Shown here: positions 1 through 13,676 of the stretch, piece by piece | Layout: each line of letters opens with the position of its first letter | How positions within the stretch are numbered: the first letter of the stretch is position 1 | DNA from: Adineta vaga | Taxonomy: Eukaryota; Animalia; Rotifera | Length of the DNA: 64,000 bases | Direction of reading: 5' to 3' | Assembly (NCBI GenBank): GCA_021613535.1 | Contig: CP075495.1 | Span: forward strand, 4,774,001-4,838,000 | The notes under the pieces: generated by a model | The model's input: the letters and a program-made list of their open reading frames with translations, nothing else | Told to the model about the DNA's origin: nothing | The model's database searches: none | Program-made: the position numbers and the translations under genes

Positions 1-232
1 TATACGACAGTATATCAGCATATAATCGATCTAATAATAATTTTTCAGTTGGTTGTGATAGGGACGTACAATTAAGACAATTAGTAAAGATGTCTTCTTG
101 AATTATCATGTCAAGTCGTTGGTTTTTTAAGGCCATCATAGAATAAAGAACATCGATGGTATCAAATTTTCTCAAAATGAGAATTACTATTTCACCAGGA
201 AGATTAAAAAAGTTAATGTCGTGTTTACTCAT
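1..232 (-). CDS. F-box domain protein, 5' part (runs off the window edge)
   Basis: Minus-strand frame from ATG at 232 reads MSKHDINFFNLPGEIVILILRKFDTIDVLYSMMALKNQRLDMIIQEDIFTNCLN...LLLDRLYADILSY with no stop. The LPxEI-ILxKxxxIDVLYS-NxRLD pattern is typical of the expanded rotifer F-box family. Not in the ORF track. Confidence 0.75.
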   Translation of the reverse strand, partial: MSKHDINFFNLPGEIVILILRKFDTIDVLYSMMALKNQRLDMIIQEDIFTNCLNCTSLSQPTEKLLLDRLYADILSY

Positions 233-347
233 ATGTAATATTATAGCACCTAAGCAATCACTTTGTTGACTAAATATTGAATAAAAAGTTCAGATGTATC
301 CATATATCTTTTATATATATCAAGAAGAAAATTTGTGTGTCTGTTCG

Positions 348-890
348 CTATGCATTCGGTCCCTGTAATAGCGAGCGCCACCAAACTGCCCATGACATTT
401 CAGTGTGAACAGGGAAAAGTCGAGAGAGGATAGTTGAAATTTAACTCAATTTCGATTAACTCATTCGATCGAACTTTAGAGTATCCGCATCTATCACTGC
501 GTTTACGCACTGATTTGATTATATTAAAAGGAAGCGAGAGCGCTTCAAGAGTAAGATACTCACCTCGGTAGAGTGTTCGTCGAACTATCATACATTATCA
601 TGGGCGGATGTTTATTCGCGATAGATGAGATTTTAACCCGAAGTCCAAGGCTTTTTAAATCTAAACAGAAGTGGAGACAGCGTTGGAGCGGCATCTTTAA
701 GAAAACGGGTGGATTTGGAATGGTACGTAGTATAAGTTGTTCTATCTCAGATACACACGACGGATTACGCTGTCATGATAGAAGAAAAGTTTCAACTACA
801 ACCCTCTCTGCATCTCCAGTCATTTTTTGAGATATGCAATTCTCAGTCTGAAAGGTTATGGACTACCATTAGGTACGCCCGCTAGCATAG
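348..890. mobile_element. possible degenerate non-autonomous DNA transposon (MITE-like) relic
   Basis: Locally GC-richer than its flanks. Imperfect inverted ends: ctatgc..tagcgagcgccacc (348-382) versus ggtacgcccgctagcatag (872-890). No credible ORF. Confidence 0.2.
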
Positions 891-1472
891 GTATAAAAGT
901 GTAGTAGACCATAAAACAATATGATTGCGTGTTGCTTGCACACACGCTAAAAAAGAGCAATCATAGATTATAATTTATTTTAATTTAAAGTGACTGGCAT
1001 TACCGACTAGTGAAGTATATTCTTGTCAGTAATCTACCTACGATACGAGAGGGTTCCCAACTTCATTTCACCATGTTTCCACTTCTACTTGATTCTTTAC
1101 TTATAGTAAGAACGAAGGTAAAAGGAACTCATTCGAACATAAGATACATAATATAAAATCCATTTCCCACTCGCTAAACTCTGGTATAAAAAGGATGTAT
1201 CAAAATGAACTGAAAATTTCTATAACAAAGATGTATAGTTGATGAACATGACCTATGGATTATTCTTTCTGCTCGTCCATTCCATACATACATACATACA
1301 TACATTTTCTTTTCCATCTGCTTCTCATTTTTTCTTTCTCAATATCAAATGATTATTTATTGGGTGGCTTATACGTTGGAAAAGAAACTTTACAATTATT
1401 TCCTGATTATGTCAAATGAATATAAGCAATTACCTTAACTTACATTTCTTATCAACGAGTCAAAAGTGACAA

Positions 1473-2320
1473 GTGCATGTCTTTCATTTATTATTTCTTG
1501 TTATAAAACCAATCAAGAATTTATACTGTCATTTATCCAAAGTTTCATTTTCTATTTCACATTCACGGCAAGACTTAACAATAGACACATTTCCAAGAAC
1601 AAAAATTGATATGAATAATTTTCATTGCCACTTCAAGTATGTATTATGTAAAATATCAAAAGATAACTCATCAATTAGATTTTTTCGCTGTTTACTTTTC
1701 TGGTCTAATAAATTGCGAAATATATATTTGATCATTTTAATAGCATGTAGCTGTTTGTTTTTTCGATTGCCTTCTGTGAATCAATACTCGAATAATCTTG
1801 TTATTCAATCTTCATTACCTGAAAGTAATGGATCATCGATGATTTACAATTTATTCGAACAAGCTGTTATGAGTAAGTATTGTCAGATAACTCAAGAGAA
1901 AAAATACAGGATAGGTTTTCTTCCATTATTATATATTTGCAGGTAGCTCTTCAGCATCATTATTACTTATTCCTGATAATATTCATAGTTACACATCTAT
2001 CAGTTTATTGATCATATTACTGTACATTGTCTCCGTAATATCGAGTATATTGGCTCAATGGCTATATTCATGTGTTTCTCGTGATCAATTAATGAGACCT
2101 TATCGTGGTATCGTTGGTGTTTTTTAAAATACTCATTTGTCTTATTCTTACTACGATTTGCAATCAACTAGTCAATGCATTATCATGTCGACCTATTGAG
2201 ATTCTCTATGATATACGATATACATCAATGCTCATCATAAAAATATTTGGCTTTCTCATTTGTCGTCTGTTGGCTTTTTTTCTTGGTATTAAATATGCGT
2301 CAGTTAAACGAAGAAAGTGA
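1473..2320 (+). pseudogene. multi-pass membrane protein paralog A, frameshifted (tandem copy of 3007-3811)
   Basis: WSNKLRNIY..FFRLP and CRPIEILYDIRY match WTNRLRKIY..FWLP and CRPIEIIYDIRC in the downstream copy, with a similarly placed intron (1873-1942). The last exon hits TAA at 2125-2127 after a T6 run, while homology continues in the +1 frame. True start uncertain. Confidence 0.55.
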
Positions 2321-3006
2321 TAAGAAGTAGTTTTGATATTTTTTGTGATTATGTTTCCACTCGAATAACATCGTTTGTACCATTTGGCTGTCTCGAATTC
2401 TATTAGTATCGATTTTTTTCAATAAAGTACTATCATAAGAATTATACAACACGCTTAGTTTATTGCTCAATAGAATTAAAGAATGTTGCTGACAAAATCT
2501 ACCTGATATCCTTAACTATGATTGAATAGAAATGAGAACTTAATATACATCATTGTGATAAATGCTTTATTTTTATTTCACTTTATTTGGATGATACATA
2601 TCTCCCTACATTTTCTTTTGTTCGTCAATAATATAGGCAAGATGAGAAGGGTCAATCGTCACTGTTCGATCATCTGTTATAAAATGATTATAGATACATA
2701 AATGTTATCGAATTTCATTGATTTCTCGGAAGCAACGAAAAAACTTTCAAATAAGCGTGAGTAATTTTAGCAGAGAATGTTTATTGAAACAGATTTTATA
2801 ATGATAATGAACATAATTAGAGAAAATGTATCATTATTCTTGATTTTTACAAAAAATCCTAATCAGTAGTTTCATAGAGGGAATAAAAATGGTATTATCA
2901 TGAAAAGAAAATAATAAGAGAAATCGAGATATCGATTAATTATAATTTTCATCAAATAAATAAAGATTATATGTGTTTTTATGATTAATCTTTTTAGTGA
3001 TCAGTT

Positions 3007-3811
3007 ATGGCAAATATTCATTCATTTCCTGTACAAAAACAAGAAGAGAAACATCCATCAATTATATTTCCAGCAGCAGACATGTTGTATAATCATTTTG
3101 GGTATGTTTTATTTGAAACTGAATATAAACAGACACGATATTACAAGTGAAATGATCTATATATATTTGTTTATGTTTAGATATAGACCACGTATAAATC
3201 GAATGTTTGCTTGGACAAACAGGTTAAGAAAAATCTATGCGTTTTTGTTATTTGTATGCACTCACTTTCTTTTTTGGTTACCAATTATGAATTTCGATCC
3301 CGATGATAGTACTAGTTTCCTACTAAATAAAACTAATAATCCATTGACGAAATATCAGTTAAGAGATTTGGCTTTTATAAGTACGTACCTATGGATTTTA
3401 TTCTATTAACATAGATAAGACAATTAGTTTTTCTTTTCTCGTTTTACAGATCGTTGTACGTTATCATCATCAATTACTATGGATAATATTATTAATTATG
3501 GACAGATGAGATGGATACTCGTATTACTCTGTATATGTTCTCAGATAATGTTACTACTTTCATTAATTACTTATCGAGATTTAACTTATGAGAAACTTGT
3601 ACAACCTTACCAATGGTTTTATTGGTTTTGTAGGATATTAATGTATCTTGTTATATCGTTGATATTCAATCAATTAGCCAGTGTGTTGGGATGTCGACCA
3701 ATTGAGATAATCTACGATATTCGATGTATAATATTGGTTATTGTCCTAGTGATTGGCTTTTTGTCTTGGTGCGAAGTATGCAACAATGAAAAGTTGAAAT
3801 CAATCGGATAG
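3007..3811 (+). CDS. lineage-specific multi-pass membrane protein paralog B (3 exons)
   Basis: ATG 3007 MANIHSFPVQ..NHFG; GT-AG introns ~3102-3180 and ~3382-3449 join in frame to the ORF ending 3811. Several hydrophobic segments. Confidence 0.7.
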
Positions 3812-4167
3812 TTATTTATATTGACTATTATCATGTATATTAGAAACATTTAGCGTGCTAGTTTCTAATTAAGACTCTTGTTTTTTACATTTCTGATAAA
3901 GATGAAATTATTCTTTTGAGAAATTGTTGATGTTAGTAGATACTTATCTAAAGTGCTGAGTTTATTTTTATTTTGATGTTATATTTTGAAAAATCAGAAG
4001 ATAAATGAATTATTTTACATATAATCCTCTTAATTTAATTTCAGAACCCGATGTGACAATCATGGAATATAAGATATTCGATTCTCATGTTTTCATAGTA
4101 TAAGGAAACATTCAGAAAACTACTTTGGATTTTGTGATCATAAATTAACTTTAGATATTATGCTTTC

Positions 4168-4680
4168 TCATCGATCTAATCTGGAACGATTTTGTTTCCT
4201 CAGGGGCGTTAGATTTTTAAATAAATGATTTAAGTTCAGTATTTGTTTAATTTGATGAAGTCGAACATATTCTTGTTTAACAAAATGTTTCGAATCAAAT
4301 AATTGTAAATATCTTTGACGAAGTGGAACCCACAGAGGTATTAAATGTTTTATTATCAAATCACATTTTTCTAGTTGTTCATTTAAATCTTATTTCGAGT
4401 TTTTCTCATTGATTAAACGTTGCTCACTTTTTCAAAGGAAAAAAACGTGTTTTTCCCGACCCAAAAAAGATTCAAGTTGATACTTGTAATTGATTATTGA
4501 ATGCTTGAATATCATTTTGATGCCTTAATAATAATTGTTCTTTTTGTGTTAAAAAAATTAGATGTTTTCGATCAAAATCATTTTTCATATATGAAATTTG
4601 TTCTTGAAGCTTCTGTGGATCAGAAAGTAGGGCAAAGTACAATCATTCGACACACTCAATAGTTATCTTTTCAAAGAGAT
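4168..4680 (-). pseudogene. decayed coiled-coil-like coding relic
   Basis: Minus strand reads ..PQKLQEQISYMKNDFDRKHLIFLTQKEQLLLRHQNDIQAFNNQLQ / SEQRLINEKNSK*DLNEQLEKCDLIIKH.. with an in-frame TAA at 4390-4392 and another stop upstream. Confidence 0.35.
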
Positions 4681-5456
4681 CCTTTTAAAATATATAATAT
4701 AACACGATTATTCATAACAAGCCTACACTACACTGAGCAGTACATACATTGGAGCAAATGTTTAACTTTAATTTACTATCGATTGTAACTATTGATTACA
4801 CATATTTCTTTATAAGTTATTATATAAGATTGTTTGATATGTCATATCTGATTGTTAACTAGAGACATCTATCTAGACAAACGATGTAGATAATTTAAAA
4901 CTTTTTTCTAGAAAATATTTTTATTAGAAACAATTATTTAAACTTTTACAATATAAAAATTCTTTAAATATAAAAAAAAATGTTATGGTTATGGTCACGG
5001 ATGATCGATTGGCTTTCCTTCGTATATCTACCTAGCGTCAAAATTATCGGTAAGTAAAAACGAACAAGTAAAGGACAGACCGACGAACACAGTGTAGCGT
5101 AACAGTGAATCATTATATTCTACGATTGAATAAACGGAACGGGATACTGAAAACAGCACAATTTCCATTTAACGAACAAAAATGAATAGAAAGTTGGAAA
5201 TATCTGACAAAAAAAAGAAATGTTGATATTTGCTCGTACAAAATTTATTTATTTCACAATTGTCAATAGAAGTATGAAATATTTCAAAATTTTCTTTTTA
5301 GATGAATCGTCATCGTTTGAATAAGTACAGAAAATGAATATATAGCAATACAAGCAAAAATATACTTAATCTTTTACTCATATTTATTGTGATCGTTCGA
5401 TTTAGTCAATCAAAATCATCGGCATTAACGAATTTTCATTCATTTCCAAAAACAAA

Positions 5457-8400
5457 ATGCACGGATGGATAAAACTAATGCAAACAATTCGTCAAACTGA
5501 TCCACCAACAAATAATTCCGTTCGATTATTATCAAGTAGAACTTACACAAATGATTTAACACTACACGAACAAAATTTACCGACACAATCATCAATTATG
5601 ACAACAGAGAAAACGGATCATTTACTACCTATATCTCAATCTATGATTACACCTATTGCATTAGATTCTCCTCCAAATATATTTGATTCTCCATCTATTA
5701 TAAGTCTTGAATCAACACCAACGCATATTATAGATGATATACTTTCGATTGAAAATGAATTACTTTCTGAATCAAGATTTCGACATGGAAGTATAGCGTC
5801 ATTGGAAATTGAATCAACAACAGCTTCACTATCATCCATTTCTACAGGTATGAAGAAAAAAAACACAATTTGTTCATTGTTTAAACAGTTGTTTTCTTTT
5901 TTTTCGAATCTTTTTATGTAATATAATGTAACATTTCTCTTATGATTTAGATTCGAAACAATCAACGACAACACCTTCAAGGAAGATTATAATTCGTAAA
6001 TCAACGAAGTTTCAAGAACATCCATTAGCAGGAAAATCGAATGAAATTTCCACACCAATTACGGAGGATATTTCCGATGATGATATGCCACTTGTAGATA
6101 TACGAAAACAAAAAATGCAATCAACAGATACCTTATCAACTCCATCGATCAATGATTTTAGCATTCCATTAGCAACTGATCTTCAATCTTTACCAGGTCA
6201 TATTCAACATGAACAACGTGATCATCGTTTTCTGATTTATAATGATATTGATACATTATCTATGCATTTACATGCATGTTTATATGTTGATAAACAATCT
6301 CTATCATCGATATCTTCAACTAGACAAGAAATATTACAATGTCAAAATAATGCTTTAACGAAAATCTTTAAAATTTATTATATAAAAACTTTTCGAAAGA
6401 ATTTATATATGGAAAAGAAAATGTCATTGATTAAAAAAGATAATAAAAAAATTCAACCATTATCTCTTATTAGTTCTCCAACTTCAACATCATTTAAAAC
6501 CGATTGGAATGTTAATCGAAGAAATTCGACATCAACACAACGACAAACACCAAAAAATTGTTTTCATATTTTACAAATGCAACCAAAGAAAGATTTCTCT
6601 CTATTAAATGATTCATTAACATCAACAAGATCAACAGCAAAAACACCGATTGAAAAATTCGAATTAGTCAAAGATATTCTTGCTCGTACTTATTATCCAC
6701 ATTTACATACAGCTATTGAATATAGTTATCAATTTGGTGAAAGATCAAAATTTCCGAGTACTAATCAATTAATATCAACACATGATGATGTTATACCAAT
6801 TAAAGAAATGCCTAGATCACCTGAAGAATTTTATTATGATTCAACTACTATTACATTAAAATCACCACCAGCAAGACGTGATTCAATCGTTAGTCAAGCT
6901 TCGCCAATTGTAACTAAAACTCTTCCTCAACAATCAATAAATTTGAAAAAAAAGCCATCATTATCCTCAAGACAAGTGACGAATCATTCATGCAATCAAA
7001 TTGAAGAATTATCACCATGGAGGATAAAAGAATCGGTTGTAGTTTTAACACCAGCAAAAATTCCTATATCAGCATCAATCATTGAAAAAGAAAAACTATT
7101 GAATACGAATCGAAAACGCAAATCATCAAGTACGGCAGCAAATGCACATGTTGTAGAAAGGAAAAAAACACGAATGTCATCATCAACATTAGTCGAGATG
7201 ATCGATACAATTGAAGATATTTCCGAAGCAGAAAGGTAATAATAAACTATATTGATATATTAATAATCATTTGACAGTTTCATACATAAGTAAAATCAAC
7301 TTAAACATATGTGCACGACATTTATCATTGCCTTGACTTTTTGACATTGATGACAGTTTACTTATATATGAGATAAAACAACAACTTTATCTCTTATGTT
7401 TCGTTATTATTCAATTCTTTTGTATAAACAAATCATATCTAAGTTTGATTCAAAAGAAAACTAGTCTAGTTATTTACGTGAAGTGATGATTTCTATCTAT
7501 AAATCAGACGAATGATTAGTTACCTTTACTAACAATCAATTTCGTAAGGACGTTCATACATTTATCTTGTTTTGCCAAGGATAATTATAATAGGTGCTTT
7601 TTTATAAATATTTTTAATTTGCAATCGAAATTTCCGAAAATAAAATTATGTATATCTAATATTTTAGTGTTGAAGATGTTTTACCAACTCGTTTACCTAA
7701 ACAAAGTTTTATTAAAAATGGTCTTCGATCAAATTATTATAAGAAAAGTCCGGATGAAAAGTCAAAATCCGTCAAGTAAGGAATTTAGACAAAAAACAAC
7801 AAAATGTAATCTAACGTTCTATTTATTCAGTAGTAAAACACATCAAAGACGTTCGCGGCAATCATCAGGTTCATTACCACAATTCTATACAGGAATATAT
7901 GAATCCGATGATGATAATAATACAACACCACATATTGATTATCATCTTCCATATGATATCTATTGGCATGGTCAACAAGAATCTAAACAAGCATCTGTGA
8001 TTAATTCTACATTACCTTTGTCTTCATCATCAATAACTGCAAATATTCATCAAACAAAGAAAAAATCGAATAAACCAAAGCAAAAACAACCATCTCCTTA
8101 TAAAAAACTATTTCGTAACGTCTATTCAGATCAATTAAAACAAAGTTTATTAACATCATACAGTACGGAAAATGCACCTGTCTGTGATTGTAAACCACCC
8201 GGTACATGTGAAGATGGTGTATGTGTTAATAAAATGATCTTCACGGAATGTTTAACAAGTTGTGCCTGTGGTAAGGATTGAATTTTGTGCAAAAATTCAT
8301 AGTTTCAAATTTGAAAATATCAATTCTAAAACAGAATCAAGATAACCATGTCTTTTTTTCTTCTAGGTACGAAATGTAGTAATCAAAAAATTCGTAAAAA

Positions 8401-11400
8401 TCAATGGTTCAAACATCTCGAAGTATTCGATACAGGTAAATATGGTCAAGGTTTACGTACAGCTACACCAATTTCAAAGGGCACATTTCTATGTGAATAT
8501 GTTGGTGAAATAATAACGGATGAAAAATTTCAAGATCGTATGATAAATCTTTATTCGAAAGATGAACATCATTATACAATGAAATTAACACAAAATTTAG
8601 TTATTGATGCTTATCGTATGGGTAGTATGGCACGTTTTGCTAATCATTCCTGTTCACCAAATTGTGAATTTGAAAAATGGACAGTGGATGGTCTGCCACG
8701 TATGTGTATGTTTTCATTACGTTCAATAAAAGCAGGTGAAGAATTAACTTATGATTACAATTTTAAATGTTTCAATTTACAAGCTCAACAACCATGCTAT
8801 TGTGAAAGTTCGAAATGTCGTGGTAAAATCGGTGCAAAACAACGGCGAACATCTTCATCGAATGTAACTAATAATACAGATAATCATTCTCTTTCAACAA
8901 CTATGCAAAAATTAACTCAACGAGAAAAACGAATGGTTTTTCAATCATCGATTTTTCTTTTACGTAATCTAAGAAAAATTCAAACTAAACAACAATCAAT
9001 AAAAATGAATGGTAATAAATCACCAATACAAACTGATAAACAATCAACAATGACACATTTCTATGCACAAAATTATTATCATTCCAATGGAACAAATCAT
9101 CTATCAAAATTATCCAGTTTGAGAAAAACTCCAAAGATCAATCATAAAGGTAAATCTAGTTTTTCTTAAGAACTACAAATAAGAAAACTAAAATTTATCA
9201 CTTTTCTCTAGATATGTTTTCATTGTTCTACAATCATATTCGTCGTTCACATTTCGTTAAAACTGGTCGATATCGACATGAGCTTATTGATGAAACATGT
9301 TATTATGCTCAATTAACGCAACTAACAATTATATTAAACGAACTATTTGAATTAATCTTACATTATAAATGTATAAATGATGATATAAAACCAGCTGATG
9401 CTTTAAAAAAATGTCCATCGAAACGTTTACATCCAGCATATTATGAAATAATAACAAAACCAATTGATTTAAAGTTCATTAAAACTAAACTCGATAATGG
9501 TGATTATTCATCCTTTCATTTATTTGAACAAGATATTTTATTATTATTCAACAATGCTATTGTAAGTCGTCTTATTTATCAAGATAATAAATTTCAAAAA
9601 AAAATACGTTCGTTATTCTTTTCTAGACATATTGTGGTGCTAATTCTGTTGAAGCATGTGCTGTATTAGAATTACAAGATTATTTTCTTCAAACATTAAA
9701 GATTAAATATAAAAATATGTTGGATTTATTTATTCATATGCAAGATGAAGATCGACATGTTACTAATCTTCAGACATTAGAAACTTTTATTCAATATTTA
9801 CATGACAAAGAAGTTCGTGATGGACAAGTTCGACAAACAGTTTATGATATTATTTATAATATTGATGATCATTCTAATGATGATTCACCTATTAATTATA
9901 AGATTGTACTCGATAGTAAACCAAATTCACATCGAACAACAAAATCTAAAACATTCGATGGTATTGTACATTGCAGATGTGGATCAGTTTTTGATGACAT
10001 TTCACTCGTGCAATGTTATGCATGTCAGGTATGAAAAATATGTTTTTCAAATAAGTTTATTTCACTCTATAAAGCGATGAGAACGATTCTATCGATTTGA
10101 ACTGTGTAAACTTGAAGAATGGCGAAGTATTTTTTCTCGATTGGTGGTTAGAGGCACTAGATGTTAAGAGGAAGGAAGTATTATTAATGGTGACACATTT
10201 CTAAAGTTAGATCGTACTAAATAAAATCTTACGATAGATGAAATATCATCTATTTTTCTTTTTCAGCTGTGGCAACATGTTGCATGTGTTTCAATCGGTG
10301 ATTCTAGTCGACCATATTATTGTTTTGAATGTCAACCAATATGTGAACATAATCCATCTGCTTGTTTGAAAACGAATGTCTTACTTACGGCAACTCTTTC
10401 CCCTTTACAAACCTATGATGATAATCATAGTTCATATTCAACTTTAACACGTTCCGATGGTTTTGTTGTGCGTACGAATGAATCTTATTTTGTACCGAAG
10501 CAAGACGAAAAGAATATTGATCGATCATTAGTTTCTCCTGAATATGACATTTTATTTGTTGAACGTCTTTGGTTAGATGATTATGGTGTTGGTCAAGCAG
10601 CTGGCTATTATTATATACGTCCTAATGAAACATTTCATGAACCGAATCGAAAATTTTTTCCTAACGAAGTGTTTCGTTTTCCATCATCAAATGATCCTTT
10701 GCCGATAAGTTCGATTGTTCGTCCATGTTTTGTTTTGGATATTGGAACTTATTCTCGAGGCAAACCTATTAATGATAACAGTAGTCGAGTTTTATCAAGT
10801 GATTTATTTATGTGTGAATATCGTGTCGATAAAACAGCAAGAACATTTACACGTTTATCTAAATCAAGAAATCTAGCGATCAATACAAAGTCATATTGTT
10901 TTGATAGTTACGTTGAAAAACTTATAGTCAAACGAGATTATCAGGTTCGTATACAAACTTAGTTTGAATGAAAGAAATTATTTTCCATGCTTTATATAAC
11001 TTCTTCGCATTTTTGTAGCCTTATCAAAAAGAAATTCCACAACAATCACATTCTCATCATGATTATCGTCGACGTGCAATAGGCAATTCAATTCGAAAAA
11101 AGAATAAAAAATGCGAAGAACGACGAACACGTATCAATGGAATTATTGAAAAAATCTATTGTCGTTGTCATAATATAACTTCAATGCCAAATGAAATGAA
11201 ATATACAATTCAAGAACTTTTTCCTGATAAATACTCCTCAATCAATGTCAATAATTCTCATTTAAAACCGAAATCAGCTGAAAAAATCAATAAAAAGCGT
11301 CGGACAATATCTCTTTCATCTGATGATGATATTGTAGAATTAGTATCTGATATTGATTGTCGAACGTCAACAAAGAAACGTTTCACACGACAATCGACAG

Positions 11401-11441
11401 TTAGTCCATGTAAACGTAGTGAAACTTATGATTTAATCTGA
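5457..11441 (+). CDS. ASH1L: ASH1-like histone H3K36 methyltransferase (AWS-SET-postSET, bromodomain, PHD, BAH)
   Basis: AWS (CDCKPPGTCEDGVCVNK..EC), SET (GQGLR, EYVGE, RFANHSCSPNC, ELTYDYNF), postSET (CYCESSKCRG), bromodomain (YYEIITKPIDL..LLFNNA), PHD (CRCG..VQCYACQLWQHVAC..YYCFEC) and BAH (VERLW..YIRPNETFHEPNRKFFPNEVF). Exons join through canonical GT-AG introns. Exact start uncertain. Confidence 0.93.
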
Positions 11442-11720
11442 TTGCTAGTCAAGATCAAGATCAAGAAAAGAGAAAACGAAAACGTATTTATTATTATTAT
11501 TATTTGTTTGTTTGTTTTTTATACAAATTTTAGTATCATTTAATAATGTAAATATGTATTTATCACTGTACATATGTGTGCGCTTTTCTTTTCTACTCAC
11601 GATATTGATCTTTTCTTTCTTTGTTTTTTCAACTATTAAACAGGACAAATTCTAATAATAACATTGTGTAAATCTATTTAGAGAAAACAAAATTTCAATG
11701 TTCTAGATTTGATTTAAAAC

Positions 11721-12892
11721 ATGCATGATTCAACAGATCGACATGCAAATTCATCATTATCATCATCATCGATGACATTAGCAAGTCCAAATCGTTTATT
11801 GATTACACATCAAGCAAAACTAAGTCGATCATCTCAACAACAACAACAAAATCCTTCGAAAAAACTAAAAGTTCATCATACGAATGGCGTACGATCAACG
11901 TCTCAAGAAAACAATGTTACCATTCGATGTTTGTTATCTTCTCTTCTATACGTTGAACAAAACAATCTTTCTTTCATTTCTTTTAGCTTCGAAAAATGAT
12001 ACATCTCTACGTTGTCCATTAAGGCAAACCTTACCGATATTCAAACAACCAGTGACATATTATCCCACACAACGTGATGAAGTAAAATCTCAATTGACGA
12101 ATACTAGTAATCAGAATACAACAAGTAATAGTACAGTTGGTAAACCAAGTGAAAAAACAAAACCACGACAACTTTTTTGGGAAAAACGATTTCAAAATAT
12201 TCGACCAACAGATATCGATGGACAACCTTTCGAACATTTTAAACTACCAGAACAAATCAAAGGTATATCATAGACTTTTCTAAAGGACTATTTCTGATCT
12301 GTATAATGCTTGAAATCAACCAATCTTTGATTGAGTAGTTCGATTCATGTAAACTATCTTTTCTATTAACAAAAGAACAAGTCGATTTCCATCAATAATG
12401 TAATTAAATGTTATTTACTCAGAAGAATCATCGGAAAGACAACAAATTTTACTAAATCAATAAAGGATTTTCTTTTTACGTCGATAAATTCATTTTGACA
12501 TATTTAATAAAAAAAATTTTCTTCTTTCTTGATATTATAAAGATAATATTAGCATATTATTCTTTTAGGTGTTAATCTTGATATGTCACCTGAAACTATT
12601 ATCATTAGTCTTGCAACATCTCTTCATCTTTATAGTAGTTCTCGTGCACTATTTGGTCAAAATAAACAATTTCAAAAGAATCCAACTATTTACGTTCAAC
12701 GTGACCAACCATTAATTGAAGTATGTAGATCTAACGGAATTATTTGATCCGGAAGAGAAAAAAAAAGCGTCATTCTTTTCTTAGCATGTAACAATCACTG
12801 ATGAACATATCCGTGCCCAAGAAGAAAAAGTGAATGAATTACGTCGTCGTATTCAACAATCAATGCGTAGTAATATGAAAATGGAAGTCTAA
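11721..12892 (+). CDS. MBD2/3: MBD2/3-like NuRD subunit lacking a methyl-CpG-binding domain (4 exons)
   Basis: DTSLRCPLRQTLPIFKQPVT, KPRQLFWEKRF and TDEHIRAQEEKVNELRRRIQQ match the MBD2/3 MBDa region and C-terminal coiled coil. Introns 11929-11986, 12263-12568 and 12721-12784. Confidence 0.88.
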
Positions 12893-13676
12893 AAAAAGAA
12901 AATACAACGTCTACTTATGATATTAAATCCAGTGATGTGAATTAGTTGATTTTTATTTCTTTCGAAGAGAAACGAAAAGTTTCTTTTTTTTCACTGTTTC
13001 TCTCTCTCTCCCTCTCCACTCCCAAACGAATATTTGAATGTGAATGATTAGTATATTTTGAATATAAATTAAACTTATATCTCATTTTATTCTAATCATG
13101 TGTCTTGCTATCTATTACAATGGGGAATTATTTTCTGATGAATAAAAACAAAGTTGATATTGATATTTCCCACAGAAAAATAATATCATTCTATTTCTTC
13201 ATTGTTGTGAATATTAAAAAAAAAGAAAAGAAATATTCACGAGACAATATTTGAATAAAAACTATGATCATTACTTTTTATTTTCATTGTCAATGATTTA
13301 ACAAAAGAAAAAAATGTCTTAATCGATCTAAATATAGAACAAAAATATCTTCTTTAATAAAATAAAAACAAGTAGAAACTTGTTATTGTTAAGTACTGCC
13401 GATGTGTATATTTTTACACATTTCATTCAATTATCAATACTGATAAGTAAACGTAACCATGCACGAAGGTACATAAATAAAAGAAAAACATGTTACAATC
13501 ATAGCACTTAAGATGAATTTTGTTTTCTAGTGTTGATGGAGTTATGATCTATTGAAGAGAGAGAAAGAGAGAGAGAAAAATTTATATCTAAAAATTGAAC
13601 CACTTAGAACATAGACAGAATGTATAAATTAATGAAGAATAGAACTTTTATTTTAAAATTTTATTTCTTTTTACTG

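Noticed and set aside
7236-7667. Possible 12-nt and 24/36-nt microexons in the long ASH1L intron
   Set aside because: Weak splice sites or a very short upstream intron; the 24/36-nt versions contain a stop. Unsupported without RNA data.
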